This document shows positions 8,050 through 15,933 of a DNA stretch of 26,906 nt, piece by piece. Position 1 is the stretch's first letter; every line of letters begins with the position of its first letter. The notes beneath the pieces are model-generated. The model did no database searches. It saw only the letters and a program-made list of their open reading frames with translations, and was not told the origin of the DNA. Source of the DNA: Fibrobacterota bacterium (GTDB lineage: Bacteria > Fibrobacterota > Fibrobacteria > UBA11236); contig JAYUVP010000345.1 in the NCBI GenBank assembly GCA_043753995.1, forward strand, positions 1-26,906. The letters run 5' to 3'. Position numbers and translations under genes: made by a program.

Positions 8050-8993
8050 GGCATGGCCTCATTGAGAAGCAAGGGGAATTCCTTGGCGGAAGGCAGGCGA
8101 TTTTTGAAGGGCCACATGCCGGAGGCCACATCCACCAAATCGCCGGCTTGATCCATTTTGCCAGCTCCGTCTTTAAGCATGTCGTCGACGCGGGCCAGCA
8201 CGGCCTCGCCGCGAACAGCCAGGCGATTGGCATGGGTGCCCAATTTTTCAGCCTGCTCGGCGGTGCGAGTGAGCAAAAAGGCCGTGGTATCGGCCCTTTT
8301 CAACAGGCCCTGAATGCCGGTTTGCAGGGTGTCGCCGATGCCATTGACGCGGGCCATCACTTCCCTGCCTTCCGTGACAGCCAAATCAATATTGTGCACA
8401 CCGCGCAGCAAATCGTCATAGAGGTCACGCGAACCCAGTAAAGCGCCCACCGTGCTATTGGGGCTGCGGCTGAGGTGCACCACACTCTCAATATTGTTGA
8501 TGAGCATATCCATTTTGCCCATGAGCTTGGTCAACCCGGAAAGCACGGTTTCGATGTCTCGCGAGTCGGTGACCGCGACGGTGTCGTCATGGCCTAGCAT
8601 GCGTCCCCCTTGCTCCAGGGTTTCGATATTGACTACGCGATCGCTGACGAGGTTTTTGTCGCGCAAGGCGAAGGCCACCGAGCGATCGGTGATGAAGGCT
8701 TGGAATTTCCGGTCGAGACTGAGATGCAGAACCACACGGCCGGTGGCCTTGCCCGCGTCAGCATACAGGGTCATGCTTTCGACGCGGCCGATTTTAACGC
8801 CGTTGAACAAGACATCGGCGCCTTCTCGCAAGCCTATGCCGCTGTCAAATATGGCATTCAGGGTATAACGCAGTTCAAAGAGGCCCTTTTTCTGAAAGAC
8901 CAGCACCATACCGACGAAAAAAATGATGAGCGAGGCGAAGACCAAAAAACCGGCCAAGAGAGTACGGTGGCGATGCCATTGCCAGCGACTCAT
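8046..8993 (-). CDS. mlaD: MCE/MlaD-family protein with long C-terminal helical region
   Basis: The start is probably ATG 8993 (ATGA overlap with the mlaF stop). N-terminal TM helix, MCE motif GLREGADVLFNGVKIGRVESM, then a helical region including STVGALLGSRDLYDDL. Confidence 0.88.
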   Translation of the reverse strand: MSRWQWHRHRTLLAGFLVFASLIIFFVGMVLVFQKKGLFELRYTLNAIFDSGIGLREGADVLFNGVKIGRVESMTLYADAGKATGRVVLHLSLDRKFQAFITDRSVAFALRDKNLVSDRVVNIETLEQGGRMLGHDDTVAVTDSRDIETVLSGLTKLMGKMDMLINNIESVVHLSRSPNSTVGALLGSRDLYDDLLRGVHNIDLAVTEGREVMARVNGIGDTLQTGIQGLLKRADTTAFLLTRTAEQAEKLGTHANRLAVRGEAVLARVDDMLKDGAGKMDQAGDLVDVASGMWPFKNRLPSAKEFPLLLNEAMP

Positions 8994-9757
8994 GATCGGC
9001 GATCTCCCACCACGGCTTCTTCTTCGAGTTGGCGAAACAAAAACTCGACGAAGGAATCCTGGCAATTCTTCAATTGCTCAAAACCCATGGGCTCCAATAA
9101 TTCCCCATCCTTGAGTACGCCGATTTCCGTGTCGAGCTCACGCGCGGCCGAAAGGTCGTGGGTGACGATGATCATGGCCACGCGATTGATGCGGCGAATG
9201 TTTTCAATGAGGGCGAGTAATACCGACCGGCTGATGCGATCGAGGCCGGCGGTGGGCTCATCCATGAGAATGAGCTTGGGGCGCATAATCATGGCGCGCG
9301 CTACCGAGGCGCGCTTTTGTATGCCCAGCGAAAGATGGGCCGGGTATTGGTGCTGATGCTCCTTGATGAGGAGCATTTCCAACGCATTGTCGACTCGATA
9401 CCGGATTTCTTCGTCGTCGCCAAGATTGTGATAGATGAGGGGCAAGGCGACATTGTCCCAAATGGTTTTATTGGCGATAAGGGCTGGAGCCTGAAATACG
9501 AATCCCACCTGGGTCTTGACTTGATTGAATTCTCGTTCCGAAAGCGAATTTATATCGCGGCCAAGTAGGCGAATATTGCCTGCCGAGGCCTGCTCCAGCC
9601 CAATGATGAGGCGTAAGAGGGTGCTCTTACCTTGCCCGGAAAGCCCGCATATCACCAGGATTTTGCCTTCTTGCAAATGAAAGGTGACGCCTCGCAGCAA
9701 GGGCTCCTGGCCGGGATAAGAAAAGCGAAGGCTACGCACCGAGACCACCAGGCTCAT
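8990..9757 (-). CDS. mlaF: ABC transporter ATP-binding protein, MlaF-like
   Basis: Walker A GLSGQGKS, Q-loop GFVFQ, variant signature LSLGIQKR, Walker B/D-loop ILMDEPTAGLD, H-loop VTHD; lies between mlaE and mlaD. Confidence 0.9.
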   Translation of the reverse strand: MSLVVSVRSLRFSYPGQEPLLRGVTFHLQEGKILVICGLSGQGKSTLLRLIIGLEQASAGNIRLLGRDINSLSEREFNQVKTQVGFVFQAPALIANKTIWDNVALPLIYHNLGDDEEIRYRVDNALEMLLIKEHQHQYPAHLSLGIQKRASVARAMIMRPKLILMDEPTAGLDRISRSVLLALIENIRRINRVAMIIVTHDLSAARELDTEIGVLKDGELLEPMGFEQLKNCQDSFVEFLFRQLEEEAVVGDRRS

Positions 9758-10575
9758 AACAGCTCCAGATTGGCCAGAAAGGGCAAGGCAAAGAGGGAGT
9801 CGGCGAGTATGATGGCCACGAAAGAATTCACCACGCTATGGGTGGTCGCCTTGGGCACTTCGCGAATGTCCCCACCTACCGTAATGCCGTGATGGCTGGC
9901 GATGAGGGAAACCAAAGCGCCGAAAACGACTGGCTTCACGAAGCCGATAATGCCGTCGAGAAAGCTCATGGAGGCGAAAATGCGATCCATGTAAAGGGAA
10001 AAAGGCAATTCCAGGCCATTGGCATTGACAGCAAAAATCTGGAGAATTTTGACCACAAAAAAGCCACCGAAAATCGCCGTGAGGTTAAAAACCACGGTGA
10101 GGCAAAACATCGAGGTCACGGTCGCGGCGAAAGCAGGAAAAACCAGGTAGCGAATGGGATCCACGCCGAGAGTGCGCAAGGCGTCGATTTCGCTCTGCAC
10201 CTTCATATTTCCGAGATAGGTGGATAAGGCCGAACCTGTGCGTCCCGCTATGAGGAAAGCGGTGAATAATGGGCCTACTTCGCGCACCACCACCACCACC
10301 ATGACATTGCCGAAATAATCGCCGGCGCCGAACCGGGGCATGACCGTGGCAGATTGTAAAATGGTGGCTGAACCTAGAATCAGAGCCAAAAAGAAAACCA
10401 AGGGCAAGGCCTCGACCCCAGTGAAATAAAGCTGGGTGACGACTTGTTCAAAATGATGTTTGCGATTCCCGGTTCGTCGGAAACCGCTAATGATGGCGCG
10501 CAAGCCCAATTCCGCCAATTGGCCGAAATAAGCCTGACGGCAACGCTCCCCCACCCATCCTAAAACTTGAACCAT
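9754..10575 (-). CDS. mlaE: MlaE-family ABC permease
   Basis: Motifs VREVGPLFTAFLIAGRTGSA, MKVQSEIDALRTLGVDPIRYLVFP, VPKATTHSVVNS. The start is probably ATG 10575; the track's upstream extension overlaps yihA. Confidence 0.93.
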   Translation of the reverse strand: MVQVLGWVGERCRQAYFGQLAELGLRAIISGFRRTGNRKHHFEQVVTQLYFTGVEALPLVFFLALILGSATILQSATVMPRFGAGDYFGNVMVVVVVREVGPLFTAFLIAGRTGSALSTYLGNMKVQSEIDALRTLGVDPIRYLVFPAFAATVTSMFCLTVVFNLTAIFGGFFVVKILQIFAVNANGLELPFSLYMDRIFASMSFLDGIIGFVKPVVFGALVSLIASHHGITVGGDIREVPKATTHSVVNSFVAIILADSLFALPFLANLELL

Positions 10576-10584
10576 GGCCCGACC

Positions 10585-10590
10585 ATTGTA
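10585..10590 (-). promoter_or_regulatory. Candidate -10 box (TACAAT) 9 nt upstream of the mlaE ATG
   Basis: Minus strand reads cgcTACAATggtcgggccATG, in the 92-bp yihA-mlaE gap; no SD. Confidence 0.5.
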
Positions 10591-10667
10591 GCGGGCGGCA
10601 GCGAAGTTTGACCGTTTGGCAAAACCTGAGATTTTAAAGGGAAGCTTTGAGGAGTTTGCGGCGGCGC

Positions 10668-11291
10668 TTAAGGCTCGCCAATCGGGGCCTGAGAAACAAA
10701 ACGCCCATCCATGAGCAGATTCAATTGTTCCCAAACCGCATCCAGCCCTAGACGGTTTACCGAACTGACGGAAAGCGGGTCTTGGTCCAGTTCATGCTGC
10801 TGGCGAATGGCGGTGAGGGCCTTGGGAATTTGGGAGCGGGACAGTTTATCGCTTTTGGTGGCTATAACCAGAATGGGTCTACCGCTTTCGCCCAACCATT
10901 CCAGGGCATTAATATCGACCGGGCTGTCGGTCAAGCGCGAATCCACCAGGTAAAGCAAGCCGCAACAGGATTTTTCGTGACTGACATAGGCGCGAATCAC
11001 GGATTCCATTTTTTCGCGAGTGGTTCCACCGACCTTGGCATAGCCAAAGCCAGGAACGTCGACGAAATAAAAGGCATCATTCACCCGGAAGAATTGCAGC
11101 AATTGGGTCTTGCCCGGAGTCGAGGACGTCTTCACTAAGTCCTTGCGATTCATCAAGGCATTCAAAAGGGAAGACTTGCCCACATTGGAACGACCGAAAA
11201 CCGCGATTTGCGGCAAGCCATCGGTGGGGAAACCCGCGCGATCGGCGGCGGATCCGGCAAACTCGGCCTTGTTAACCTGAAAAGGCTTCAT
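10668..11291 (-). CDS. yihA: Ribosome biogenesis GTP-binding protein YihA/YsxC (EngB)
   Basis: G1 GRSNVGKSSLLN, KTSSTPGKTQ, G3 VDVPGFGYAKV, G4 TKSDKL. ATGA overlap with the recR stop. Confidence 0.97.
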   Translation of the reverse strand: MKPFQVNKAEFAGSAADRAGFPTDGLPQIAVFGRSNVGKSSLLNALMNRKDLVKTSSTPGKTQLLQFFRVNDAFYFVDVPGFGYAKVGGTTREKMESVIRAYVSHEKSCCGLLYLVDSRLTDSPVDINALEWLGESGRPILVIATKSDKLSRSQIPKALTAIRQQHELDQDPLSVSSVNRLGLDAVWEQLNLLMDGRFVSQAPIGEP

Positions 11292-11914
11292 CGAAATTCC
11301 ACTCGGCTCTCCAAGGCTCTTTGCATGGTCAACTCGTCTACGAATTCTAGGTCACTGCCGACAGGGATGCCGCGCGCCAGGCGCGTGACCTTGGCCTGGG
11401 AGCCCGCCAATCTCTGACTGATATAGGTGGCCGTCGCCTCGCCCTCGGCATTGGTATTGAGGGCTAGAATCACTTCGCAGCCTTCTTCCTGGGCTCGGCG
11501 AAATAAGGCATCGAGGCGCAAATCCTGCGGGCCAATGCCGTCTAGCGGCGATAAACAGCCGCCAAGTACGTGATAGACACCCTGAAAGGTGCCGGTCTTT
11601 TCAAAGGCCGCGACCTCAATCGGTTTTTCCACCACGCAAATCAGGTTGTGCTGGCGACGAGGATGGGCGCAAATGCGACAAAGTTCATGCTCAGTGTGAT
11701 TGCCGCACCTGGAGCAAGGGTGAATTTTTCGGCGGGCATCGGCGATGCTAGCGGAGAAGGCATCCACCTCTTCTATGGGGCGGCTCAAAAGGTGATAGGC
11801 CAATCGCTGGGCGGTTTTGCGACCCACCGAAGGTAAGGAGGCCAAGCGGTCTACCATTTGTTCAAGCAGGGCCTCACGCTCAGGCCAGGAAGGGCGTGTC
11901 ACCAAATCGGACAT
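11288..11914 (-). CDS. recR: Recombination mediator RecR
   Basis: HhH LPSVGRKTAQRLAYHLL, C4 zinc finger CSRCGNHTEHELCRIC, Toprim ICVVE, YHVLGGCLSPLDGIGP, EGEATATYI, RLARGIPVGSDLEFVDELT. Confidence 0.98.
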   Translation of the reverse strand: MSDLVTRPSWPEREALLEQMVDRLASLPSVGRKTAQRLAYHLLSRPIEEVDAFSASIADARRKIHPCSRCGNHTEHELCRICAHPRRQHNLICVVEKPIEVAAFEKTGTFQGVYHVLGGCLSPLDGIGPQDLRLDALFRRAQEEGCEVILALNTNAEGEATATYISQRLAGSQAKVTRLARGIPVGSDLEFVDELTMQRALESRVEFR

Positions 11915-11922
11915 GTGGTCAC

Positions 11923-11928
11923 AAGGTA
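11923..11928 (-). promoter_or_regulatory. Candidate -10 box (TACCTT) 8 nt upstream of the recR ATG
   Basis: Minus strand reads aagTACCTTgtgaccacATG; no SD. Confidence 0.35.
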
Positions 11929-11963
11929 CTTAACCGTGTATGTTAACGCCGCTTTTCTGCCCT

Positions 11964-13079
11964 ATGGCTACAGTTCAACTTTTTCACTTTTCGCCACCTT
12001 CGGTCCGCCGCTCATCGCTTCATTCGCTTTTGGGCGTGGTCCTTTTTTTGTCTGGTTTATATGAACCCGTCCTGAGCCAGGGACATCCTGGTGCTGACAC
12101 TGATTTGGCCGCGCCGGTTTCGGTACCCGCTCCGCCACAACCGGTACCAGTCACTCCCTTGACACCCCCAGACGATCTTGGCCACCCTCCGGGGTCCTCA
12201 GGTATGGGCTCGGCCCTGTTGGCTCCTGCACCAGATTCCCTGCGCACCCAAGAACGCGTGAATTTGACGGCAAGAAGCGGTTTTTTCCCGCGAAATCCGC
12301 GTGTGGGTGACACGCTGGAATATGCCATCGAAGTAAGCTGGCAAGATACCCGGATTCCAGTGCTTGTCCTGGCCCCCGACAGCGTCGATTTTACCGGCCT
12401 GCTCCTCCTAGACCAAAGTACGCGTCACGAAAAAATCGCCAATGGGAAGACCGTCGAGAATCATACGGTTTTCGCCTATACCCTGATTGCGGATCAACCC
12501 GGCCCGGCTAAGGCGGCTTCCCTCAAGGTGCGCTATACCACGGGAATATCCGGGCGCGACGAGGCGGTTTATGCTCCCGCCGGGCATGTCGAAATTTTGC
12601 CGAGCCGCTTCGCCTTCACGCGGAGCCTGTGGTTTCGCGTCATGCTTCTCCTTTTGGCCTTGGCCGTTTTGGCTGGGCTGGCTTTTTCCTTTCTTCGTGG
12701 CCGACGCGGCAGGGAGAAAACCAAACCTACGGTTGAAAATCGGCCGGAAACTTTGAGTGCCGAAGTCAAGTCCCTTCGCAATCGCATCGGCAATGGCGAA
12801 AGCCGTGACATACTTCGGGGCATGGAACAATTGTCCCTCCGCTTTCTCGGTGAGAAATTGTCGGTGGAAAAAACCGACCTCACCGCCGCCCGCTTTGATG
12901 CCCTTTTGAATCGCTGGCTCGAAAAACAAGGCGAAGACCTCGAACGCACGGCCGATTGGGAGCATTTGCGAGAGCTCTTTCGCCAAGCCCGCTATGCGGG
13001 CGGCCACAAAGAACCCCATGAATTGCAAGACGGCTGGCGCGCCTTAAAGCGTTGCCTAGAAGTCGCAGACGAACATTGA
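11964..13079 (+). CDS. Membrane protein with Pro-rich N-terminus, one BatD-like Ig domain, a TM helix and a C-terminal helical domain
   Basis: Signal-like N-terminus (start 11964 or 11940, uncertain); PVSVPAPPQPVPVTPLTPP linker; BatD-like PRVGDTLEYAIEVSW...FAYTLIADQPG; TM LWFRVMLLLLALAVLAGLAFSFL followed by RGRRGR; C-terminal FRQARYAG. 14 bp upstream of moxR. Confidence 0.7.
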   Translation: MATVQLFHFSPPSVRRSSLHSLLGVVLFLSGLYEPVLSQGHPGADTDLAAPVSVPAPPQPVPVTPLTPPDDLGHPPGSSGMGSALLAPAPDSLRTQERVNLTARSGFFPRNPRVGDTLEYAIEVSWQDTRIPVLVLAPDSVDFTGLLLLDQSTRHEKIANGKTVENHTVFAYTLIADQPGPAKAASLKVRYTTGISGRDEAVYAPAGHVEILPSRFAFTRSLWFRVMLLLLALAVLAGLAFSFLRGRRGREKTKPTVENRPETLSAEVKSLRNRIGNGESRDILRGMEQLSLRFLGEKLSVEKTDLTAARFDALLNRWLEKQGEDLERTADWEHLRELFRQARYAGGHKEPHELQDGWRALKRCLEVADEH

Positions 13080-13093
13080 ATCGGGAGTAAATC

Positions 13094-14095
13094 ATGACGA
13101 CCGCAACCAAAGTGGACATGCAGGCTCTGACCGAGCGCGTGCGCAATGAAGGCGCCTTCCTGCAGAAAATCATGTCGGAATTATCCAAGACCGTGGTCGG
13201 GCAAAAAACCATGCTCGAACGCCTCTTGGTTGGCCTTTTGGCCGACGGCCATGTGCTGCTAGAAGGTGTGCCCGGATTGGCCAAAACCACGGCAGTGAAA
13301 GCTTTGGCGGCAGCCATCCATTGCCAATTCAATCGCATTCAATTCACGCCGGACTTATTGCCCGCCGATCTCATTGGCACCATGGTCTTCAATCCCAAGA
13401 GCGGCGACTTCAATGTGAAGCGCGGTCCGATTTTCTCCAATATCGTATTGGCCGACGAAATCAATCGCGCGCCTTCCAAGGTGCAGTCGGCCTTGCTGGA
13501 AGCCATGCAAGAAAAGCATGTCACCATCGGCGACACCACTTATGAATTGCCCAAGCTTTTCATTGTTTTGGCTACCCAAAATCCGGTCGAGCAAGAAGGC
13601 ACCTATCCCCTGCCGGAAGCCCAAGTCGATCGCTTCATGCTCAAGGTGCATTTGGGATATCCCACCAAGGAAGAGGAAAAAGCCATCGTCAACCTGGTGT
13701 CGGGCAAGGGTTTGCATATGACCCAACAAATCGCCACCGAGGAAGACATCCTGAATGCGCGGGCCCTCGTCAATGACATCTACATGGACGACAAAATCCT
13801 CGATTATATCGTGACCCTCGTCGCAGCCACACGCGATCCCGCCGGCCACGGACTGAAGGACATGTCGAATCTGATCGAATACGGTGCCTCGCCCCGTACC
13901 TCCATCAGCTTGGCCAAAGCCTCCAAAGCCCACGCCCTGCTTCGCGGACGCGGCTATGTGACCCCCGAGGACATCAAGGCCATTGGCATGGACGTGATGC
14001 GCCATCGCCTCGTGCTCAGCTATGAGGCGGAGGCCGAAGACGTCAAGGCCGAGAATGTGATACAGAGGGTTTTCGATGCGGTGGAAGTACCCTAA
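13094..14095 (+). CDS. moxR: MoxR-family AAA+ ATPase (MoxR-proper type)
   Basis: GHVLLEGVPGLAKT, RIQFTPDLLPADLIG, LADEINRAPSKVQSALLEAMQE, LATQNPVEQEGTYPLPEAQVDRF, GASPR; GGGAG RBS. Confidence 0.97.
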   Translation: MTTATKVDMQALTERVRNEGAFLQKIMSELSKTVVGQKTMLERLLVGLLADGHVLLEGVPGLAKTTAVKALAAAIHCQFNRIQFTPDLLPADLIGTMVFNPKSGDFNVKRGPIFSNIVLADEINRAPSKVQSALLEAMQEKHVTIGDTTYELPKLFIVLATQNPVEQEGTYPLPEAQVDRFMLKVHLGYPTKEEEKAIVNLVSGKGLHMTQQIATEEDILNARALVNDIYMDDKILDYIVTLVAATRDPAGHGLKDMSNLIEYGASPRTSISLAKASKAHALLRGRGYVTPEDIKAIGMDVMRHRLVLSYEAEAEDVKAENVIQRVFDAVEVP

Positions 14096-14129
14096 GGCAC
14101 GGTTTCACTTTTAACTTTTTACTTAACTC

Positions 14130-15020
14130 ATGATTCCTTCGCAAGTCCTTAAGAAGGTGCGGCAAATTGAAATTCGCACGCGCAGTGCCGTGAATTCGGT
14201 ATTGTCCGGGGCCTATTCGTCGACTTTCAAAGGGCGCGGCATGGAATTCGCCGATGTGCGGGAATATGTGCCCGGCGACGAAATTCGTTCTATTGATTGG
14301 AATGTGACGGCGCGTGCCGGCACTCCCTTTATCAAGAAATTCGTGGAGGAGCGCGAGCTCACGGTTCTGCTCGTGGTCGACGCCAGCTCTTCCGGAGATT
14401 TCGGCAGTCAATTCGAAATGAAGGGCGAGGTCATGGCCACGCTTTCGGCCCTGCTCGCCTTCTCTGCCACACGCAATAATGATCGCGTCGGCCTCCTTAT
14501 TTTTACGGACCGTATTGAGCTTTTCATTCGTCCCCAAAAGGGACGCAAGCATGTATTGCGAGTGATTCGCGAATTGCTTTACTTCAAGCCGCAAGGCCGG
14601 GGCACCGACTTGGCCGCGGCTCTCGATCATTTGAATCGCATCCAGCGGCGGAGAGCCGTTGTCTTTTTGGTTTCGGATTTCGCCACGGGTGAATTCGAGC
14701 GGCCATTACGACTATTGCAGCAGCGCCACGATACTGTAGCCATTCACGTCGTCGACCCCCGCGAACGCGATTTGCCTAGCATTGGCTTTTTGGAGCTTGA
14801 GGATTCCGAAACCGGAGAAATCATTTTGGTCGACACGGCCGATCCCAATTTTCTCGATGTCTTTCAAAAGGAAGTTCAAAAAGAAGGCACTATGATTCGC
14901 CGGCTTTTCAAGCGCTTGGGCTTGGATTTCGTGGAGATTCTCATCAAGCCCACCTATGACGAAACCGTTCAGCCGCTTCTCGATTATTTCCGTCGGAGGG
15001 CACGCAAACATGGCCGTTGA
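14130..15020 (+). CDS. DUF58 domain protein (vWA-like MoxR partner)
   Basis: FKGRGMEFADVREYVPGDEIRSIDWNVTAR, KKFVEERE, MIDAS-like VDASSS, NNDRVGL, FLVSDF. Confidence 0.95.
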   Translation: MIPSQVLKKVRQIEIRTRSAVNSVLSGAYSSTFKGRGMEFADVREYVPGDEIRSIDWNVTARAGTPFIKKFVEERELTVLLVVDASSSGDFGSQFEMKGEVMATLSALLAFSATRNNDRVGLLIFTDRIELFIRPQKGRKHVLRVIRELLYFKPQGRGTDLAAALDHLNRIQRRRAVVFLVSDFATGEFERPLRLLQQRHDTVAIHVVDPRERDLPSIGFLELEDSETGEIILVDTADPNFLDVFQKEVQKEGTMIRRLFKRLGLDFVEILIKPTYDETVQPLLDYFRRRARKHGR

Positions 15021-15933
15021 TGCGTTTTTCTCCGTGAGACGGATTTCTGGCGCTTGCCTTGCAGTAGCCCTGCTTTGGATCGCCGCTTGTGGGCCAAAGG
15101 AACAAGGCCTGACGCGAGAGCAATACCGACAGGCAGCGACAGCTCTGTTTCAGCAACAGCTTTATGCCGACGCCGTGCAGATATACGATGCCTATTTGAA
15201 GTCGCCGGTCATCAGTGCCGAAGACGTGCCTAAGGTGCTGTATCAAATCGGCTTGATTCAACAAGACCATTTGCGGGACTGCTCGGCGGCCTTGGCTAGG
15301 TTTACGGTTTTAAAGGCCCTCTACCCTGATGAAACTTTCAATGGGCAAGTGGGCAAGCGCATGGTGAATTGCCTGGAAACCGTCGGGAGAAGTGCCGACG
15401 CTTCGCAGACCCTCTCCAACCTCACCAGCATGAATCCACAAGACAGCACTGCAACAGGATCGGGCGATATTGTCGCAGAATTGGACGGCCGTAAAATCAC
15501 CTTGGGCGAAGTGGCCTCGGCCTTCGGGAAATTGCCCGACGATGCCAAAGGACGCTATGACGCCACTCGTTCCTATGTTGCGCAAATTTTAGTGGCCCAG
15601 GCCGCGCATCGAAAGGGTTTGTCGGAAAAACCAGAAGTCAAAAAGCGCCTGGCGCAAATCGCAGATCAAGTATTGACCGGGGAAATGCTTCGCGAAGAAG
15701 TCAAGGTTCCCATGCCCTCGGCCAATGACTTGAAATATTTCTTCGAAGGCAATAAGGCGCGCTATCAAAGCGGATCCGACTCGGGCAAAACGCTCCAGGA
15801 TTTGCAAGCCAAGGTGGCTGAAGATTGGCAGCGCGAAAAGGCCGCCGAGCAAACCAATGCCTATGTCGAGAATTTGCTTCGCGCCTCCCAGGTGACCTTT
15901 CACACTCCGCAAGGAGCTAAGCCCTCCCCATGA
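15010..15933 (+). CDS. Putative lipoprotein: N-terminal TPR domain fused to a SurA/PrsA-like chaperone core without a parvulin domain
   Basis: Lipobox-like LLWIAAC-G (start ATG 15010 or GTG 15034); TPRs (LYADAVQIYDAYL; KVLYQIGLIQQDHLRDCSAALARFTVLKALYP); IVAELDGRKITLGEV, LVAQAAHRKGL, DLKYFFEGNKARY and a C-terminal helix WQREKAAEQTNAYVENLLRASQVTF. Confidence 0.72.
   Translation: MAVDAFFSVRRISGACLAVALLWIAACGPKEQGLTREQYRQAATALFQQQLYADAVQIYDAYLKSPVISAEDVPKVLYQIGLIQQDHLRDCSAALARFTVLKALYPDETFNGQVGKRMVNCLETVGRSADASQTLSNLTSMNPQDSTATGSGDIVAELDGRKITLGEVASAFGKLPDDAKGRYDATRSYVAQILVAQAAHRKGLSEKPEVKKRLAQIADQVLTGEMLREEVKVPMPSANDLKYFFEGNKARYQSGSDSGKTLQDLQAKVAEDWQREKAAEQTNAYVENLLRASQVTFHTPQGAKPSP

Noticed and set aside
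8994..9065. N-terminal extension of mlaD given by the ORF track; similar extensions at 10576-10734, 1151-1234 and 23130-23258
   Set aside because: They overlap neighbouring genes or promoter regions; downstream ATGs with coupling or RBS fit better.
6054..9356. Long plus-strand ORFs (6054-6800, 7563-8441, 8610-9356)
   Set aside because: Antisense to well-supported minus-strand operon genes, with no recognisable motifs.
14096..14129. T-rich, weakly repetitive spacer (CACTTTTAACTTTTTACTTAACTC) between moxR and DUF58
   Set aside because: No stem-loop and too short for an array; most likely an unstructured SD-independent translation initiation region.
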